This document shows positions 1-12,705 of a DNA stretch of 64,000 nt, piece after piece. Position 1 is the stretch's first letter. Each line of letters opens with the position of its first letter. The translations under genes and the position numbers were made by a program. The stretch lies in contig CAZWKA010000004.1 of assembly GCA_964634875.1 (NCBI GenBank), positions 15,640-79,639 of the forward strand, given 5' to 3'. The notes below the pieces were generated by a model that was not told where the DNA came from, did no database searches, and saw nothing but the letters and a program-made list of their open reading frames with translations. This DNA comes from an uncultured Gammaproteobacteria bacterium (GTDB taxonomy: Bacteria; Patescibacteriota; Patescibacteriia; Magasanikbacterales; GWA2-37-8).

Positions 1-2064
1 TTTAGTCTCACCATTAGCACACTTCATCTCATGAAGAAAACGACTTACTTTCTTGGCCCGGACACCGCCATAGTCACTGGCACTCGTGCAGTACAACCGA
101 TCTTTAGCGCGCGTTACAGCCACATACATCAGACGCCGCTCTTCTTCATAGTGACTGTCGCCACTCGGCAACTGTTCTTTAATAAGCGCTAAAGGCAACT
201 CAATCGCTTCACTTCGCCGACGAGTAGGAAAGCGCTCTTCCACAACATTTACTACAAAAACATATTTAAATTCCAAACCTTTGGAGGCGTGCACTGTCAT
301 AACACGGACCGCTTCGTGTGTAACATCCAGATTTTGTTTAAGACTTCCTTCGTCTCCTGACTCCACAATATGGTTAAAATGATCTAAGAAACCGGCCACG
401 TGTGCTGCGCCAGGATGAGAAATTTCGTACGCTGTAATTTCTTCCAAAAATTGGGTCAGCAGAAGTGCTTGACGGCTAATTGACATGCGCCCCGCAACAT
501 CTTCATCAACTAAAAATTGTTTGTAACCACTTGCTTCAAGGAAGCCTAAAAGCAAAATAGAAGGTTTTTTCGCGGTCACTTCTCGTGCTCCTGTGTTTAA
601 GAAGGAACGAACACGCTCAATAACTGCGACCCCTTCTTCGGATAGCCCAAACTCTCGAGCACGCTTCAAAGCTTCGGCATAGGGTACGCTTTTTTTCTTT
701 GCAAAATACGTAAATTTTTGTAAATCATGCGCACTTAAATGTAAAAACGGCATGGTAATTAAACGGTAAATAGCCGTAGAGTCTTGATTGTTAACGATAG
801 CCTTAAAAAAATTAAGGCAGTCCAAAATACTACTCTGGCTATAGAGGCCGCTGGAAGCCAAAAATTCGTACGGTATTCCCGCTTTAGCAAGCGCGTCGAC
901 AAACGGATCAAGGTGACCATTCGCCCGCGCTAGCACCGCAAAATCAGACCATGACGTTTCAGGATTAAGGTTTTTCAGTTCGGCAATTTTTTCTATAACC
1001 GCCCCCACTTCTTGGTCAGCGGAGGCGACACTGATGTGTTCGATAAGACCCTTTTCGGTAACAGGCAATTGCGCACTCAGGTGTTTGTCGATATTTAATT
1101 TTATTTCTAAACGGTCAGGGTTATTATTCTGGATCAAACAATAGGCTGCATCGAGAATAATTTGCTGGGAACGGTAATTATCGGTGAGGACAATATTTTT
1201 AGCATTAGGAAAATCATCCTTGAAACGCAAAATATTGGAGACCGACGCGCCGCGAAAAGCATAAATACTTTGGTCGTCATCCCCTACTACCGTCAACTGG
1301 CTCTGGTCATTCGCCAAAAGTCTCACCAGCACATACTGCGCCCAATTCACATCCTGGAACTCATCTACCAAAATATACTTAAAATGCTTTTGGACTTTGG
1401 CCAAGATCTGCGGGCGTTCACGAAACAGTTTTACGGCGTAAAATAATAAATCACCAAAATCAAAGGCATTATTTTCGAGTAGCACCTGGTTATAGACGTG
1501 ATACGCGTTGGCTACTTCGGTGAGGCGGTTTTTCTCGACCGCATTCATATCCCCCGTTTCCATCGCTACGCCTTCGGCATAAGCTAGATACTCATCAGGC
1601 GTGACAAGCTCATCCTTACACTTACTAAAATGCTTGATGAGCTCATGAATATGGCGTTCGGGATTCGCCATGGGCCGATAGTAATTAAGCTTAAAACGAT
1701 CCAGTCGTTCACGGATTAAAAGCCATGTTTCAGTAGTTGTAAGCAATTTAAAACGATTAGGAAGACCTATGTCCAGCGCATAATCTTCCAAGATGCGCTG
1801 ACAAAAAGAGTGGAATGTCGAGACCTCTATTGAAGAATAGCCAGAACCGACCAAACTATCGGCGCGCTCACGCATTTCGCCAGCTGCTTTGTCAGTAAAC
1901 GTCAATGCCAAAATCTCCTCTGGGAGGGCAAGCTTTCGTTCAATAAGGGAAGCGATTTTTTGCGTAATAACGGCTGTTTTACCAGTTCCCGCCCCTGCTA
2001 CGATCAGGAGGGGTCCACCGACGTAATCGACCGCTTCTTGCTGCGCTGGATTAAGTGTTTTCAT
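1..2064 (-). CDS. UvrD/PcrA/Rep-family ATP-dependent DNA helicase, 3' end runs off the window
   Basis: Absent from the ORF track (no stop in window). Manual translation from ATG 2064 gives MKTLNPAQQEAVDYVGGPLLIVAGAGTGKT (Q motif and Walker A); also STFHSF, LVDEFQD, GDDDQSIYAFRGA, NYRS, HASKGLEF and YVAVTRA. Confidence 0.93.
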   Translation of the reverse strand, partial: MKTLNPAQQEAVDYVGGPLLIVAGAGTGKTAVITQKIASLIERKLALPEEILALTFTDKAAGEMRERADSLVGSGYSSIEVSTFHSFCQRILEDYALDIGLPNRFKLLTTTETWLLIRERLDRFKLNYYRPMANPERHIHELIKHFSKCKDELVTPDEYLAYAEGVAMETGDMNAVEKNRLTEVANAYHVYNQVLLENNAFDFGDLLFYAVKLFRERPQILAKVQKHFKYILVDEFQDVNWAQYVLVRLLANDQSQLTVVGDDDQSIYAFRGASVSNILRFKDDFPNAKNIVLTDNYRSQQIILDAAYCLIQNNNPDRLEIKLNIDKHLSAQLPVTEKGLIEHISVASADQEVGAVIEKIAELKNLNPETSWSDFAVLARANGHLDPFVDALAKAGIPYEFLASSGLYSQSSILDCLNFFKAIVNNQDSTAIYRLITMPFLHLSAHDLQKFTYFAKKKSVPYAEALKRAREFGLSEEGVAVIERVRSFLNTGAREVTAKKPSILLLGFLEASGYKQFLVDEDVAGRMSISRQALLLTQFLEEITAYEISHPGAAHVAGFLDHFNHIVESGDEGSLKQNLDVTHEAVRVMTVHASKGLEFKYVFVVNVVEERFPTRRRSEAIELPLALIKEQLPSGDSHYEEERRLMYVAVTRAKDRLYCTSASDYGGVRAKKVSRFLHEMKCANGETK

Positions 2065-2114
2065 AGAAAGTATGGCTAGTATATCGCAGCCGCCTTGGAA
2101 GAGCAATCCTAAAA

Positions 2115-2160
2115 TTGTAAACTAAAAAACAGGTGTTTACACCTGTTTTTTAGTTTACAA
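2115..2160. terminator. Perfect 22-bp inverted repeat, probable intrinsic terminator after rlmN
   Basis: TTGTAAACTAAAAAACAGGTGT-TT-ACACCTGTTTTTTAGTTTACAA, directly after the rlmN stop. Confidence 0.75.
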
Positions 2161-2162
2161 GA

Positions 2163-3236
2163 CTACATTTCTGCTTTATTCCTGAGCTGCCCACATGCTG
2201 CAGCAATATCTTGCCCCTGTGAATAGCGAATGGTAGCAGTAAAACCAGCTTTCATAATCTGTTCATGCCAGTGCACAATCTGCTCATGTGGCGTACGGCC
2301 AAAAATACTTTTGTTATCAACAACTTCGTCAGAAATATTATTATACGGAATAAGATTAATACGAATATGCGGCATACGCTTCGCAAGGGCGATCAATGCT
2401 TGCAGATGCTTTTCGTCATCATTAACGCCGCCCAACATAATATACTCTAGTCCAATAAAATGTTTACGACTAGGGAAGCGCTTATCGTAGGCATTGGCCC
2501 ACTTCACCACAAACTCCAAAAATCCAGCCGGGTTAGAAGGCATAATTTGTTTGCGTGATTCTTCAATTGCACTATGGAGCGACAGTGCCCAGCGTACGGG
2601 CGGAAAATCATCAGTCAACATTTTTTCCATGGCTGGAACGACACCGGCAGTGGAAACGGTAATTTTAGTTTCTCCCAAATCGGTATTTTCTAGTAAAATT
2701 TTAATTGCTTCTTTTACATTTTCGTAATTAAGCATTGGTTCACCTTGACCCATGAATACGATATTAGCAACGCGCGCACCTTCCCCAACCAAAATTTTCT
2801 GGGCATAGCGATATTGGTCAACAATTTCTTGAGCTGACAAATTACGCTTAAAACCCTGCTTCCCCGTAGCGCAAAAGGCACACTTCATCGGACAACCAGC
2901 TTGGCAGGAAACGCAAATCGTATACCTATCCGGGGCATTGTCCCCGGCATCTTTTTTAATATTTTCGCGGCCCATGATGACCATTTCAACATACTGCTTG
3001 TCATGGAGCTCAAGAAGGACTTTGCGAGTATTATCTTCTTTACTCGTTAAAAGTGTGTGGGTATTTACCGAAAACCACGGAAAGCCTTTAAGCTCTTCGC
3101 GCAGGGTAACGGGTAATGTGGTAATTTGATCATACCCGGAGATATTCCAATCAAACCAAGCCTTTTGGACTTGATTTTGGCGATACTTTGGCTCTTTAGA
3201 GAGAATTTCTTTTAGAAGTTGGTATTGAGAAGCCAT
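2163..3236 (-). CDS. rlmN: Radical SAM RNA methyltransferase, RlmN/Cfr family (probably RlmN)
   Basis: CVSCQAGCPMKCAFCATG radical-SAM motif, FMGQGEP, ALSLHS and C-terminal DIAAACGQL. Confidence 0.88.
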   Translation of the reverse strand: MASQYQLLKEILSKEPKYRQNQVQKAWFDWNISGYDQITTLPVTLREELKGFPWFSVNTHTLLTSKEDNTRKVLLELHDKQYVEMVIMGRENIKKDAGDNAPDRYTICVSCQAGCPMKCAFCATGKQGFKRNLSAQEIVDQYRYAQKILVGEGARVANIVFMGQGEPMLNYENVKEAIKILLENTDLGETKITVSTAGVVPAMEKMLTDDFPPVRWALSLHSAIEESRKQIMPSNPAGFLEFVVKWANAYDKRFPSRKHFIGLEYIMLGGVNDDEKHLQALIALAKRMPHIRINLIPYNNISDEVVDNKSIFGRTPHEQIVHWHEQIMKAGFTATIRYSQGQDIAAACGQLRNKAEM

Positions 3237-3308
3237 AGATACTAGATACTACCAGAATCTATTAAAATAATCAATAAAAACACAGAAGCCGGCTTTGCAA
3301 GCCGGCAG

Positions 3309-3734
3309 TTATCTGGTGGTAAGAAAATCGGGATTGAGCTTGCCCTCACAAACGGCAAACCCGCATTCTTTAAGGCGCACCATGGGCTGGAACCATAGGA
3401 AATAGCTGTACGTATAGGTCAAATATGCTTGCGGCCAGCACTGGTAGATTTGCGGATCAGTACGACTATCGTACCGGGACACCCGATACCAGTAGCTGCC
3501 CGCATGCCGCCAGACCACCGACCAGAAGGCAGCATTACCGTCTTCAAAAATCCGCTCACCCCCATAGCTGCAACGCCAATCATAGGTAGCCACAAACAAC
3601 TCTTCGGAGGTGAGTTCAACACACCAGGGTGCAGGTGTTTCATACGCACACTGATCCTGGGCACGCGCTAAACCAAAGAAGGACATGAGAGCCATGAGGC
3701 CAGCCACAAGAGCACCACGACAACGAAGACACAT
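3309..3734 (-). CDS. Hypothetical secreted Cys/Trp/Tyr-rich orphan protein
   Basis: GGAGG precedes ATG 3734; signal-peptide-like N-terminus (..FFGLARA-Q); TAGACA-17-TAGCAT promoter upstream. Confidence 0.55.
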   Translation of the reverse strand: MCLRCRGALVAGLMALMSFFGLARAQDQCAYETPAPWCVELTSEELFVATYDWRCSYGGERIFEDGNAAFWSVVWRHAGSYWYRVSRYDSRTDPQIYQCWPQAYLTYTYSYFLWFQPMVRLKECGFAVCEGKLNPDFLTTR

Positions 3735-3801
3735 TGGTACACACCTCCAGCATAACTGCCCGGATGCTACCAAAACCACCTTTTTTTGTCTAGGAGAAGG
3801 A

Positions 3802-5580
3802 TTAGGCAATAAACCCACCCGCCTGGAGACCCCACAGGTTTTTGTACATTCCTGATTTTTTCCTTAACAGTTGCTGGTGCGTACCATTCTCAATTATTTC
3901 ACCATTATTTACAACAATAATTCGGTCCATTTTCATGATTGTCGACAGCCTGTGCGCCACAACAATAACTGTCTTGTTTTTCATTAAATTATTCAAAGCA
4001 TCTTGGATCAAAGATTCTGATTCAGAATCAAGACTCGAGGTAGCCTCATCAAGGACTAAAATTGGCGCATTCCTAAGGATGGCTCGGGCAATTGCAACAC
4101 GCTGACGTTCGCCACCCGAAAGTTTAACTCCCCGCTCACCCACAAATGTTGCATAGCCTTCTGGGAAGCTGCTGATAAATTCATGACAATGCGCTTGCTT
4201 TGCAGCTGAAAATACCTGCTCATCAGTTGCATCAGGTTTTCCGTAACGGATATTTTCCATAAGGGTACGATGGAACAAGATCGGATCTTGCGGCACCAAA
4301 CTGACCGCTGCCCACAGACTTTCTTGGGTAATATGATCAATTTTTTGGCCATCAATCATAATTTTTCCTCTTGCTACATCGTGCATGCGCAAAAGCAACT
4401 TAACAATTGTTGACTTACCTGCCCCAGAAGGCCCAACAAAAGCAATTTTTTCACGCGACTTAATGAGCAAATTAAAACGAGAGAATATCTTCCGGGTAGT
4501 GTGGTAATAAAAATCTACTTCTTTAAATTCAATCTGACCCTTGGTCACCTTTAACTCTTTAGCATTGTGGACATTCTGGATCTCATGCGGCGTAGAGAGC
4601 ATAACCGTCATTTCTTCAGCATCAGCCAAATCAGAGTACACATGACGAATAATTTTGCCAAAGTCCCACACCTTATCGAAGATGATAATAACGTAGGATT
4701 GAATAAGTACAAAGTCACCAATTGTTAAAATACCTTGTTGCCAAAGACGGATGGCCAGATAAAAAATCCCGGATTCTAAGACAATAACTAAAAGTCCCTG
4801 TACTCCATCGAAAATATTATCTAGCGTCCAGGTAAATTTACGTAATTTCCGGACTTTTTCTACAGCCGCAGCAAAACCACTCACTTCCCGCTCATAACCG
4901 CAAAATAATTTGACGTTGACGTTGTTCGTGATCGTATCTGCCAATATACCCGTTGAGACAGTTTCGGCTTCGTTACGCTGAATATCGTACTTAAGTTTAT
5001 ATTTGGTCAAAAACCAATTAATTACCAGAAAAATAATGATCCAAATAGCAATACCCAGGCCAAGCCAATGGTTTTTACGGGTTAAAACATAAAAAATTAC
5101 CACCATGTTAGTGATGAGCGGCAAAAGATTGAAGGTTATGCGATCCGCAATTCCCTCAAAAGCCCGGGTAAACCAATTTACCCGTTTTACCAACGAACCA
5201 ACAAAATTATTGTTAAAATAGGTAAAAGAATGTTTGTGCAAGTATTCAAAACAAAGCCGGGATAAATCCGCCAAAACAAGCGGTTGATAACGGGCGTTGG
5301 CAATAAGGGCAATGCGCCAAAAAAGCCACCGCAGAAATTCTAAACCAACAATTGTTGTAAGTGTTGCAACCAACATGGCCACTGCGCCGGCAGCGGTCGA
5401 CGAACCAGACAAAATATCAAAAAAAATTTTAAAGTAGAGCGGCACTACTACACCCATAGCAGAGGCACCGACCGTAAAAACCAGCGAAAGTGCTGCCAGG
5501 CCTCGATGCTCCCAAGTTTTTTGGGCATAAATCGCTAAAGTCCGTTTGGTATGGGTTAAATTAAGTACAGCGGCACGCAT
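3802..5580 (-). CDS. ABC exporter, fused permease/ATPase (MsbA/ATM1-like)
   Basis: N-terminal TM helices, GPSGAGKST, LSGGERQR, ILVLDEATSSLD and AHRLST. Confidence 0.93.
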   Translation of the reverse strand: MRAAVLNLTHTKRTLAIYAQKTWEHRGLAALSLVFTVGASAMGVVVPLYFKIFFDILSGSSTAAGAVAMLVATLTTIVGLEFLRWLFWRIALIANARYQPLVLADLSRLCFEYLHKHSFTYFNNNFVGSLVKRVNWFTRAFEGIADRITFNLLPLITNMVVIFYVLTRKNHWLGLGIAIWIIIFLVINWFLTKYKLKYDIQRNEAETVSTGILADTITNNVNVKLFCGYEREVSGFAAAVEKVRKLRKFTWTLDNIFDGVQGLLVIVLESGIFYLAIRLWQQGILTIGDFVLIQSYVIIIFDKVWDFGKIIRHVYSDLADAEEMTVMLSTPHEIQNVHNAKELKVTKGQIEFKEVDFYYHTTRKIFSRFNLLIKSREKIAFVGPSGAGKSTIVKLLLRMHDVARGKIMIDGQKIDHITQESLWAAVSLVPQDPILFHRTLMENIRYGKPDATDEQVFSAAKQAHCHEFISSFPEGYATFVGERGVKLSGGERQRVAIARAILRNAPILVLDEATSSLDSESESLIQDALNNLMKNKTVIVVAHRLSTIMKMDRIIVVNNGEIIENGTHQQLLRKKSGMYKNLWGLQAGGFIA

Positions 5581-5662
5581 GAAATTTATTTTAAATAAAA
5601 ATCCTAAGACACAGTGTCTCAGGATTCAGTATATCAGAAAAAAAACACCAACGCTATCGACC

Positions 5663-6076
5663 TTAAGGAAGACGACGGTATTTTTTTCCAACTTTAAGGC
5701 GATTAAGTTCTTTTTCGAGGCTTGCTTGGATACTCGCATACTCTTGTGAATCTGCTCGCACCTCACTTTTCATAGTTTCGAGCGCTCGATCTCTTGCTGC
5801 TTCAGCACGAACAAAATCAATTTCCGTAGCATGCTCTGCAGTATCTGCAAGAATGACAATTGAATTGTTCGCTTTAACTTCAGCAAAACCACCTGAGACG
5901 GCAATTACTTTTTCTTGTCCATCTTTTTTATATCGAAGCTCTCCAGGTCGTAAGACAGTTACTAAAGGAATGTGGTGAGCCATAATTGTAATTTCACCAG
6001 CACTCGTAGTTAAGCTTACCTGATCAACTTCATCAGCGAACACAATTCGTTCAGGAGTTATAATTTGAAAATGCAT
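5663..6076 (-). CDS. atpC: ATP synthase F1 epsilon subunit
   Basis: IITPER, GEITIMAHHIPLVT, AVSGGFAEV; last gene of the atp operon. Confidence 0.95.
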   Translation of the reverse strand: MHFQIITPERIVFADEVDQVSLTTSAGEITIMAHHIPLVTVLRPGELRYKKDGQEKVIAVSGGFAEVKANNSIVILADTAEHATEIDFVRAEAARDRALETMKSEVRADSQEYASIQASLEKELNRLKVGKKYRRLP

Positions 6077-6082
6077 ATGAAT

Positions 6083-6209
6083 TTGTCATTGCGAGGAGCG
6101 CAGCGACGCGGCAATCCCCTGGATTACAGGAATATTTATTTATAAGTATCAAGTTTTGGAACCAAGGGGATTGCCGCGTCGTCGCTTGGGCTCCTCCTCG
6201 CAATGACAA
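6083..6209. repeat. Palindromic REP/MITE-like element with GTCATTGCGAG...CTCGCAATGAC ends
   Basis: Left arm TTGTCATTGCGAGGAG..GCGGCAATCCCCT pairs with right arm AGGGGATTGCCGCG..CTCCTCGCAATGACAA around an AT-rich core; fills the atpD-atpC gap. Confidence 0.8.
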
Positions 6210-6212
6210 TTA

Positions 6213-7592
<1,380 letters not shown>

Positions 7593-7667
7593 TTAGTTGA
7601 TTATTTTAGTTGTTTATTGGTTGCGCTTGTTAATCGAATACAATGTACTAATACACCAATAAACTTC

Positions 7668-8561
7668 TTACTCCAAAGCAGCCGCCCCACCAATTACCTC
7701 CGCAATTTCCTTGGTAATTGCTGCTTGACGGGCATTATTAAATGTCGTATTTAATTCTTTAATCATATCCCCTGCCGCGTCTGAGGCGCTTTGCATCGCC
7801 ACCATACGAGCACTGTGCTCAGATGCGTCAGATTCAAGTACCGCTTGGTAGAGCTGCATTTCAATAAGTCGAGGCAATAACATTTCCAGAACCTTAAGCG
7901 GATTTGGTTCAAAAATAAAATCAGTTGGTCGCCCCTCACTTTTGTTATTTTTTTCAACAATAGTTACATGATTTTTTTGTTTTATAGGAAAAATTGGTTT
8001 TATAACCGGTACTTGCTTGATAGCTGAAATATATTCCATGTACGCAACACCAATTTGGTCATACTTGGCATTAATAAAGTCAGCGGCTGCCATTTGTGAA
8101 AGTGGCAAAATTTCAGCGAGCGCTTTCGTAACGTCTACTTTTTCAAACTCAGCAGCAATAGTATGTCCAAAATTTTGATAAATCTTGCGTCCTTTTTTAC
8201 CCATTACCAAAACCTCTACATCAACATTTTTTTCTTTTTTAATTTTATTAATAAAAAGATCAACTTCCTGCACTAGTTTCGAACTAAAACCGCCAGCCAG
8301 CCCACGGTTGCTTGTTATCAGAATAAGACCCATTTTTTTAACCGCACGTTCTGCTAAGAGCGGGTGGTGCCGGGGCCCAGCTTTACGTGTGACATCCTGG
8401 AGCATCTGCCAGGCCAACTCAGCATAATTTCGGGTCGCCGAAGCGCTAGCCACAGCGCGACGCATTTTGACAGCGCTAATCATCTCCATTGCCTTGGTAA
8501 TTTTTTTGGTATTGGCAATAGATTTGATACGGCGTTTAATTGTTTTTGTTGATAAAGCCAT
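7668..8561 (-). CDS. atpG: ATP synthase F1 gamma subunit
   Basis: KITKAMEMISAVK, SEHSARMVAM, RQAAITKEIAEV. Confidence 0.97.
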   Translation of the reverse strand: MALSTKTIKRRIKSIANTKKITKAMEMISAVKMRRAVASASATRNYAELAWQMLQDVTRKAGPRHHPLLAERAVKKMGLILITSNRGLAGGFSSKLVQEVDLFINKIKKEKNVDVEVLVMGKKGRKIYQNFGHTIAAEFEKVDVTKALAEILPLSQMAAADFINAKYDQIGVAYMEYISAIKQVPVIKPIFPIKQKNHVTIVEKNNKSEGRPTDFIFEPNPLKVLEMLLPRLIEMQLYQAVLESDASEHSARMVAMQSASDAAGDMIKELNTTFNNARQAAITKEIAEVIGGAAALE

Positions 8562-8620
8562 AAATTTTAAAGAGTGCTATGGTCAGGAGGGGGGGGGTAC
8601 GAGTAATGACAAACTTGGTT

Positions 8621-10108
8621 TTATTTCCGAAACTCCTCCAGTGCTTCTTTTAATTCTGTTTCAATTGCTTTGTCCCAGCCACCTTTACTAATCCTGTCAA
8701 GCAAAACACCTTTCGACTTGTTCATGAATACATGCAAACGGTTTTCCCAATCGCGAATATCCTTTACAGCCACATCACTCGCATAAGCATTATTTAAGGC
8801 ATAAATAATTACAACCTGATTAGCTACCGGTACTGGCTGGTACTGAGGTTGCTTCAAGATTTCAACCAAACGCTGACCAAGATCGATCTGTCTTTTTGTT
8901 TCAGAATCAAGGTCGCTGGCAAATTGCGCAAAGGCTTCCATTTCACGGAACTGGGCCATATTAAGCTTCATTTTACCCGCAACTTTCTTCATTGATTTAA
9001 CCTGGGCAGATGACCCAACACGCGACACCGAAATACCAACGTTTAAAGCCGGGCGGATACCGCGAAAAAATAAATCACTTTCCAGAAAAATTTGACCATC
9101 CGTAATTGAGATAACATTAGTCGGGATATACGCTGAGACATCGCCAGCTTGTGTTTCAATAATGGGAAGTGCAGTAATCGAACCGCCGCCCGACTCACTA
9201 TTACGACGGCAAGCACGCTCCAGCAAACGTGAGTGGAGGTAGAACACATCTCCCGGAAATGCTTCGCGACCGGGTGGACGCCGCAATAAAAGTGAGATTT
9301 CACGGTAAGCCCAGGCTTGCTTAGAAAGGTCATCGTAAACGACTAAAACGTCTCGTCCGTTGTCCATAAAGTATTCGGCCATCGCGACACCAGCATAGGG
9401 AGCAATATACAAAAGCGAAGCAGGATCAGACGCGCCAGCACTCACAACAACAGTGTATTCCATTGCACCCGCCTCTTTAAGCTTGGTAACAATGCGGGCT
9501 ACTTTGGATTCCTTTTGCCCAATGGCCACATATATACAGACCATATTTTGACCTTTTTGATTGATGATCGTGTCGATCGCAACCGCGGTCTTGCCTGTCT
9601 GACGATCACCAATAATAAGTTCGCGTTGTCCACGACCAATTGGAATCATAGCGTCAATGGCCTTTATACCGGTTTGCAGCGGTTCTGTAACCGGTTCACG
9701 CGACATTACGCCCGGAGCAATCTTTTCAATGGGATAGAACTTCTTTGAAGTAATCTGTTCACCTTTATCCTTAGCGATTCCAAGCGGATTCACCACCCGG
9801 CCGATTAGTTCGTCACCAACTGGAACAGACAAAATACGACCAGTCCTTTTTACCACATCACCCTCTTTAATATGGGTATAGTCGCCCAGAATTACAGCAC
9901 CGATAGTTTCTTCTTCAAGGTTTAATGCAACACCAAAAGTGTTATTAGGAAATTCAAGCATTTCACTAGCCTGACAGTTCGTTAGGCCACTAAGACGAGC
10001 AATGCCGTCGCCAACTTCGAGCACAGCACCAACTTCTTCTACCTCAACCTTTTTCTCAAAAGTACTAATAGTTTTTTTAAGTTCTTCAACTATGAAATTC
10101 ATTGACAT
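8621..10108 (-). CDS. atpA: ATP synthase F1 alpha subunit
   Basis: [39 protein letters not shown]. Confidence 0.98.
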   Translation of the reverse strand: MSMNFIVEELKKTISTFEKKVEVEEVGAVLEVGDGIARLSGLTNCQASEMLEFPNNTFGVALNLEEETIGAVILGDYTHIKEGDVVKRTGRILSVPVGDELIGRVVNPLGIAKDKGEQITSKKFYPIEKIAPGVMSREPVTEPLQTGIKAIDAMIPIGRGQRELIIGDRQTGKTAVAIDTIINQKGQNMVCIYVAIGQKESKVARIVTKLKEAGAMEYTVVVSAGASDPASLLYIAPYAGVAMAEYFMDNGRDVLVVYDDLSKQAWAYREISLLLRRPPGREAFPGDVFYLHSRLLERACRRNSESGGGSITALPIIETQAGDVSAYIPTNVISITDGQIFLESDLFFRGIRPALNVGISVSRVGSSAQVKSMKKVAGKMKLNMAQFREMEAFAQFASDLDSETKRQIDLGQRLVEILKQPQYQPVPVANQVVIIYALNNAYASDVAVKDIRDWENRLHVFMNKSKGVLLDRISKGGWDKAIETELKEALEEFRK

Positions 10109-10110
10109 AC

Positions 10111-10503
10111 TTATGCGGTTAATTGAGTCTTTAAAAGCTGCAGCTGCTTTTTGATGCTTCCATCTAAAATAATATCTTCAGCAGTAATTATTACTCCACC
10201 AACAATATCCGGATCAATACTTTCCACAAGCTCAACTTTTCCACCAAAAACACTAATAATTTTATTTTTATTTTTTTCCGCAAGAAGTTTGGCTGTAATT
10301 ACTTTTAGTGGAATAATTCCGTTTTCTCTTTGGTATATTTTTTCAAAATGTTCCAGGATAAGCGGCGCTTTCTTAAGCTTGTTATCGCGTACCAAAAGTT
10401 TAACGAACTCTTGGAGAGCCTCATAAACATCAGCCTCTTTAAGGTCTTTCGTTACCTCATACAGGGCTGCGGCGTAATCTTTATAATTATTTTTCTTCGG
10501 CAT
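10111..10503 (-). CDS. atpH: ATP synthase delta subunit (short form)
   Basis: YAAAL N-terminus, [19 protein letters not shown]-terminus; lies between atpF and atpA. Confidence 0.88.
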   Translation of the reverse strand: MPKKNNYKDYAAALYEVTKDLKEADVYEALQEFVKLLVRDNKLKKAPLILEHFEKIYQRENGIIPLKVITAKLLAEKNKNKIISVFGGKVELVESIDPDIVGGVIITAEDIILDGSIKKQLQLLKTQLTA

Positions 10504-11086
10504 ACCTTATTTTAGAAACCATTTCTTCAACTAATTTTTGATCTTTTGTTGAATCTAATTTTTCACTAAGCATTTTTTCCGTAGCCGCAAGCACCATATC
10601 GGCGGCACTATTTTTTATGAGTCGAATAGTTGCATCCCGCTCGGCTTCAATGGTGCGCCGTGCTTGTTCTGTCAAAATCTCAATATCTGCTTTTGCCGCC
10701 GCTTTCATGTCTTCGCCCAGCTCGGCCGCCTCGACACCGGCCTTTTCAATTATTTTATTAGCCTCAACTTTTGCCGTATCAATCCGCGCCTGGTAGTCAC
10801 GCTCTCCTTTTGCCATTTTATCTTGTACTTTTCGGGCATTTTCAAGACTCTCGTCAATTAGTTTTTGTCGTTCAGCCATTTTTTTAGTTAGCGGCTTTAA
10901 AATAACGAACCACACAACTCCCGCAACAATTAAAAAGTTTACTAGCTGCGAAATAAATACGCTTACATTGATGCCGAGCGACGCAAAAACGCTTTCATCG
11001 GCCACAGCGGTTTCGTGCGCTGCAGTATTCTCCTGAGTTGTCGGGAGCGTGGCGCCACTGGCAACATCAATTAAAACCAATTTCAT
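10487..11086 (-). CDS. atpF: ATP synthase F0 b subunit
   Basis: SQLVNFLIV TM helix followed by a coiled coil; start placed at ATG 11086. Confidence 0.9.
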   Translation of the reverse strand: MKLVLIDVASGATLPTTQENTAAHETAVADESVFASLGINVSVFISQLVNFLIVAGVVWFVILKPLTKKMAERQKLIDESLENARKVQDKMAKGERDYQARIDTAKVEANKIIEKAGVEAAELGEDMKAAAKADIEILTEQARRTIEAERDATIRLIKNSAADMVLAATEKMLSEKLDSTKDQKLVEEMVSKIRYAEEK

Positions 11087-11153
11087 ATACAGATGACTAA
11101 AATAATCCAAAATAATTGGACGTGTGTTTGCGGCGCACATCCAATCGATCGGA

Positions 11154-11459
<306 letters not shown>

Positions 11460-11528
11460 TTACGTCACTTACCGATTAATTAATAGGACAGTTTACTACT
11501 TCCACAAATAGTAAACTATTTTTTATAA

Positions 11529-12314
11529 TTAATGATCTTCTACTTGGTGCGGTTCGGCTGAAGCAACCGTCATATACACAATGGTGAGTATCGCAAAAAC
11601 TCCCGCCTGAATCATACCCACTAAAAGCTCGAGCAGCATAAACGGAGTAGGGATCACTGCAGCAACCAAGCCCGTTATAACCGTGAGCAAGACTTCTCCG
11701 GCAAATATATTACCAAACAAACGAAGCGACAAGGAAAGCACCTTTGATAACTCACCCACAATCTCGATTAAACCAACAGCAAATTCGACCAGTGCAGTAA
11801 AAATAGCAATCGGCCCTTTACGTAAACTTTTTAGGACAGACCCGATTTGGATAAATTTATTAAAATGAGTAAAGATGCCTACTGTAAAAAAACCAAATAG
11901 ATGTGAAGAAATAACCGTAACTAACGCCATAGCGAGCGTCAGATTTAAATCAGTGGTGGCCGGACGTAATAAAAAGGAGTGACCAAAAGTAATACTTCCT
12001 GTTCCCGGTAAAAGGCCGAGCCAATTTGAAAGCAAGATAAAGAAAAAAACAGATCCGGCTACAGGCAAAAAACGTAGTGTCAATGCACGATTACCAGTAA
12101 CCTGGTCAAAATACCCAAGAAGAATTTCTAAAAAATATTCTACTCCATTCTGAAACTTTCCAGGCCTGACCGAAAGACGTTTGCGAAGCGCTAAACCAAC
12201 GACCAAAAAAATAAAAAACGCGAGCCACGCGTTTATAATGGTATTGGTGATAGTGAGTGGACCCCACTGAAGTAGAACTTCCGGGGCAAGCGTGGGAACA
12301 TGAGCTTCGGTCAT
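11529..12314 (-). CDS. atpB: ATP synthase F0 a subunit
   Basis: SLSLRLFGNIFAGE and IQAGVFAIL. Confidence 0.97.
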   Translation of the reverse strand: MTEAHVPTLAPEVLLQWGPLTITNTIINAWLAFFIFLVVGLALRKRLSVRPGKFQNGVEYFLEILLGYFDQVTGNRALTLRFLPVAGSVFFFILLSNWLGLLPGTGSITFGHSFLLRPATTDLNLTLAMALVTVISSHLFGFFTVGIFTHFNKFIQIGSVLKSLRKGPIAIFTALVEFAVGLIEIVGELSKVLSLSLRLFGNIFAGEVLLTVITGLVAAVIPTPFMLLELLVGMIQAGVFAILTIVYMTVASAEPHQVEDH

Positions 12315-12329
12315 ACTGTAGACATAAGA

Positions 12330-12602
12330 TCATTCTTTCTTAACAAGTCTATCGTACTGTTCACCGTATTTTTTTGCTTTAGTATAAATTATTTTTCCAG
12401 AAAGAACTGCAGCCAATAGAAAACCGCCCAGCATTCCAAAAGGAGAAAAACCATAACGCTGCTCTATAGCGCGACCCAAAAAAACAAAAAAGACTACAGG
12501 GATGGCAATGTTGGCGCCAAAATCACCAGCGATTCTAAGGGCTAAAAGGTAATACTCGCGATCCGATGAATCAAAAGATGAATTTTGTTGCTTTTGCTTC
12601 AT
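12330..12602 (-). CDS. AtpZ/AtpI-family small membrane protein
   Basis: Two TM helices directly upstream of atpB; start placed at ATG 12602. Confidence 0.7.
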   Translation of the reverse strand: MKQKQQNSSFDSSDREYYLLALRIAGDFGANIAIPVVFFVFLGRAIEQRYGFSPFGMLGGFLLAAVLSGKIIYTKAKKYGEQYDRLVKKE

Positions 12603-12705
12603 AACAATGAAAGCATACTCCGCTACACTTCGAATGTCAAACCAAACCTTATTTTGCTCTAAACAAACAGAAACAACTATTTTACTCAGTAAAAAATAGT
12701 CAGTG

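Noticed and set aside
1162-1446. 94-aa plus-strand ORF
   Set aside because: Antisense to the helicase gene.
8589-8597. G homopolymer between atpA and atpG
   Set aside because: Intergenic and not within a recognisable promoter; no evidence of phase variation.
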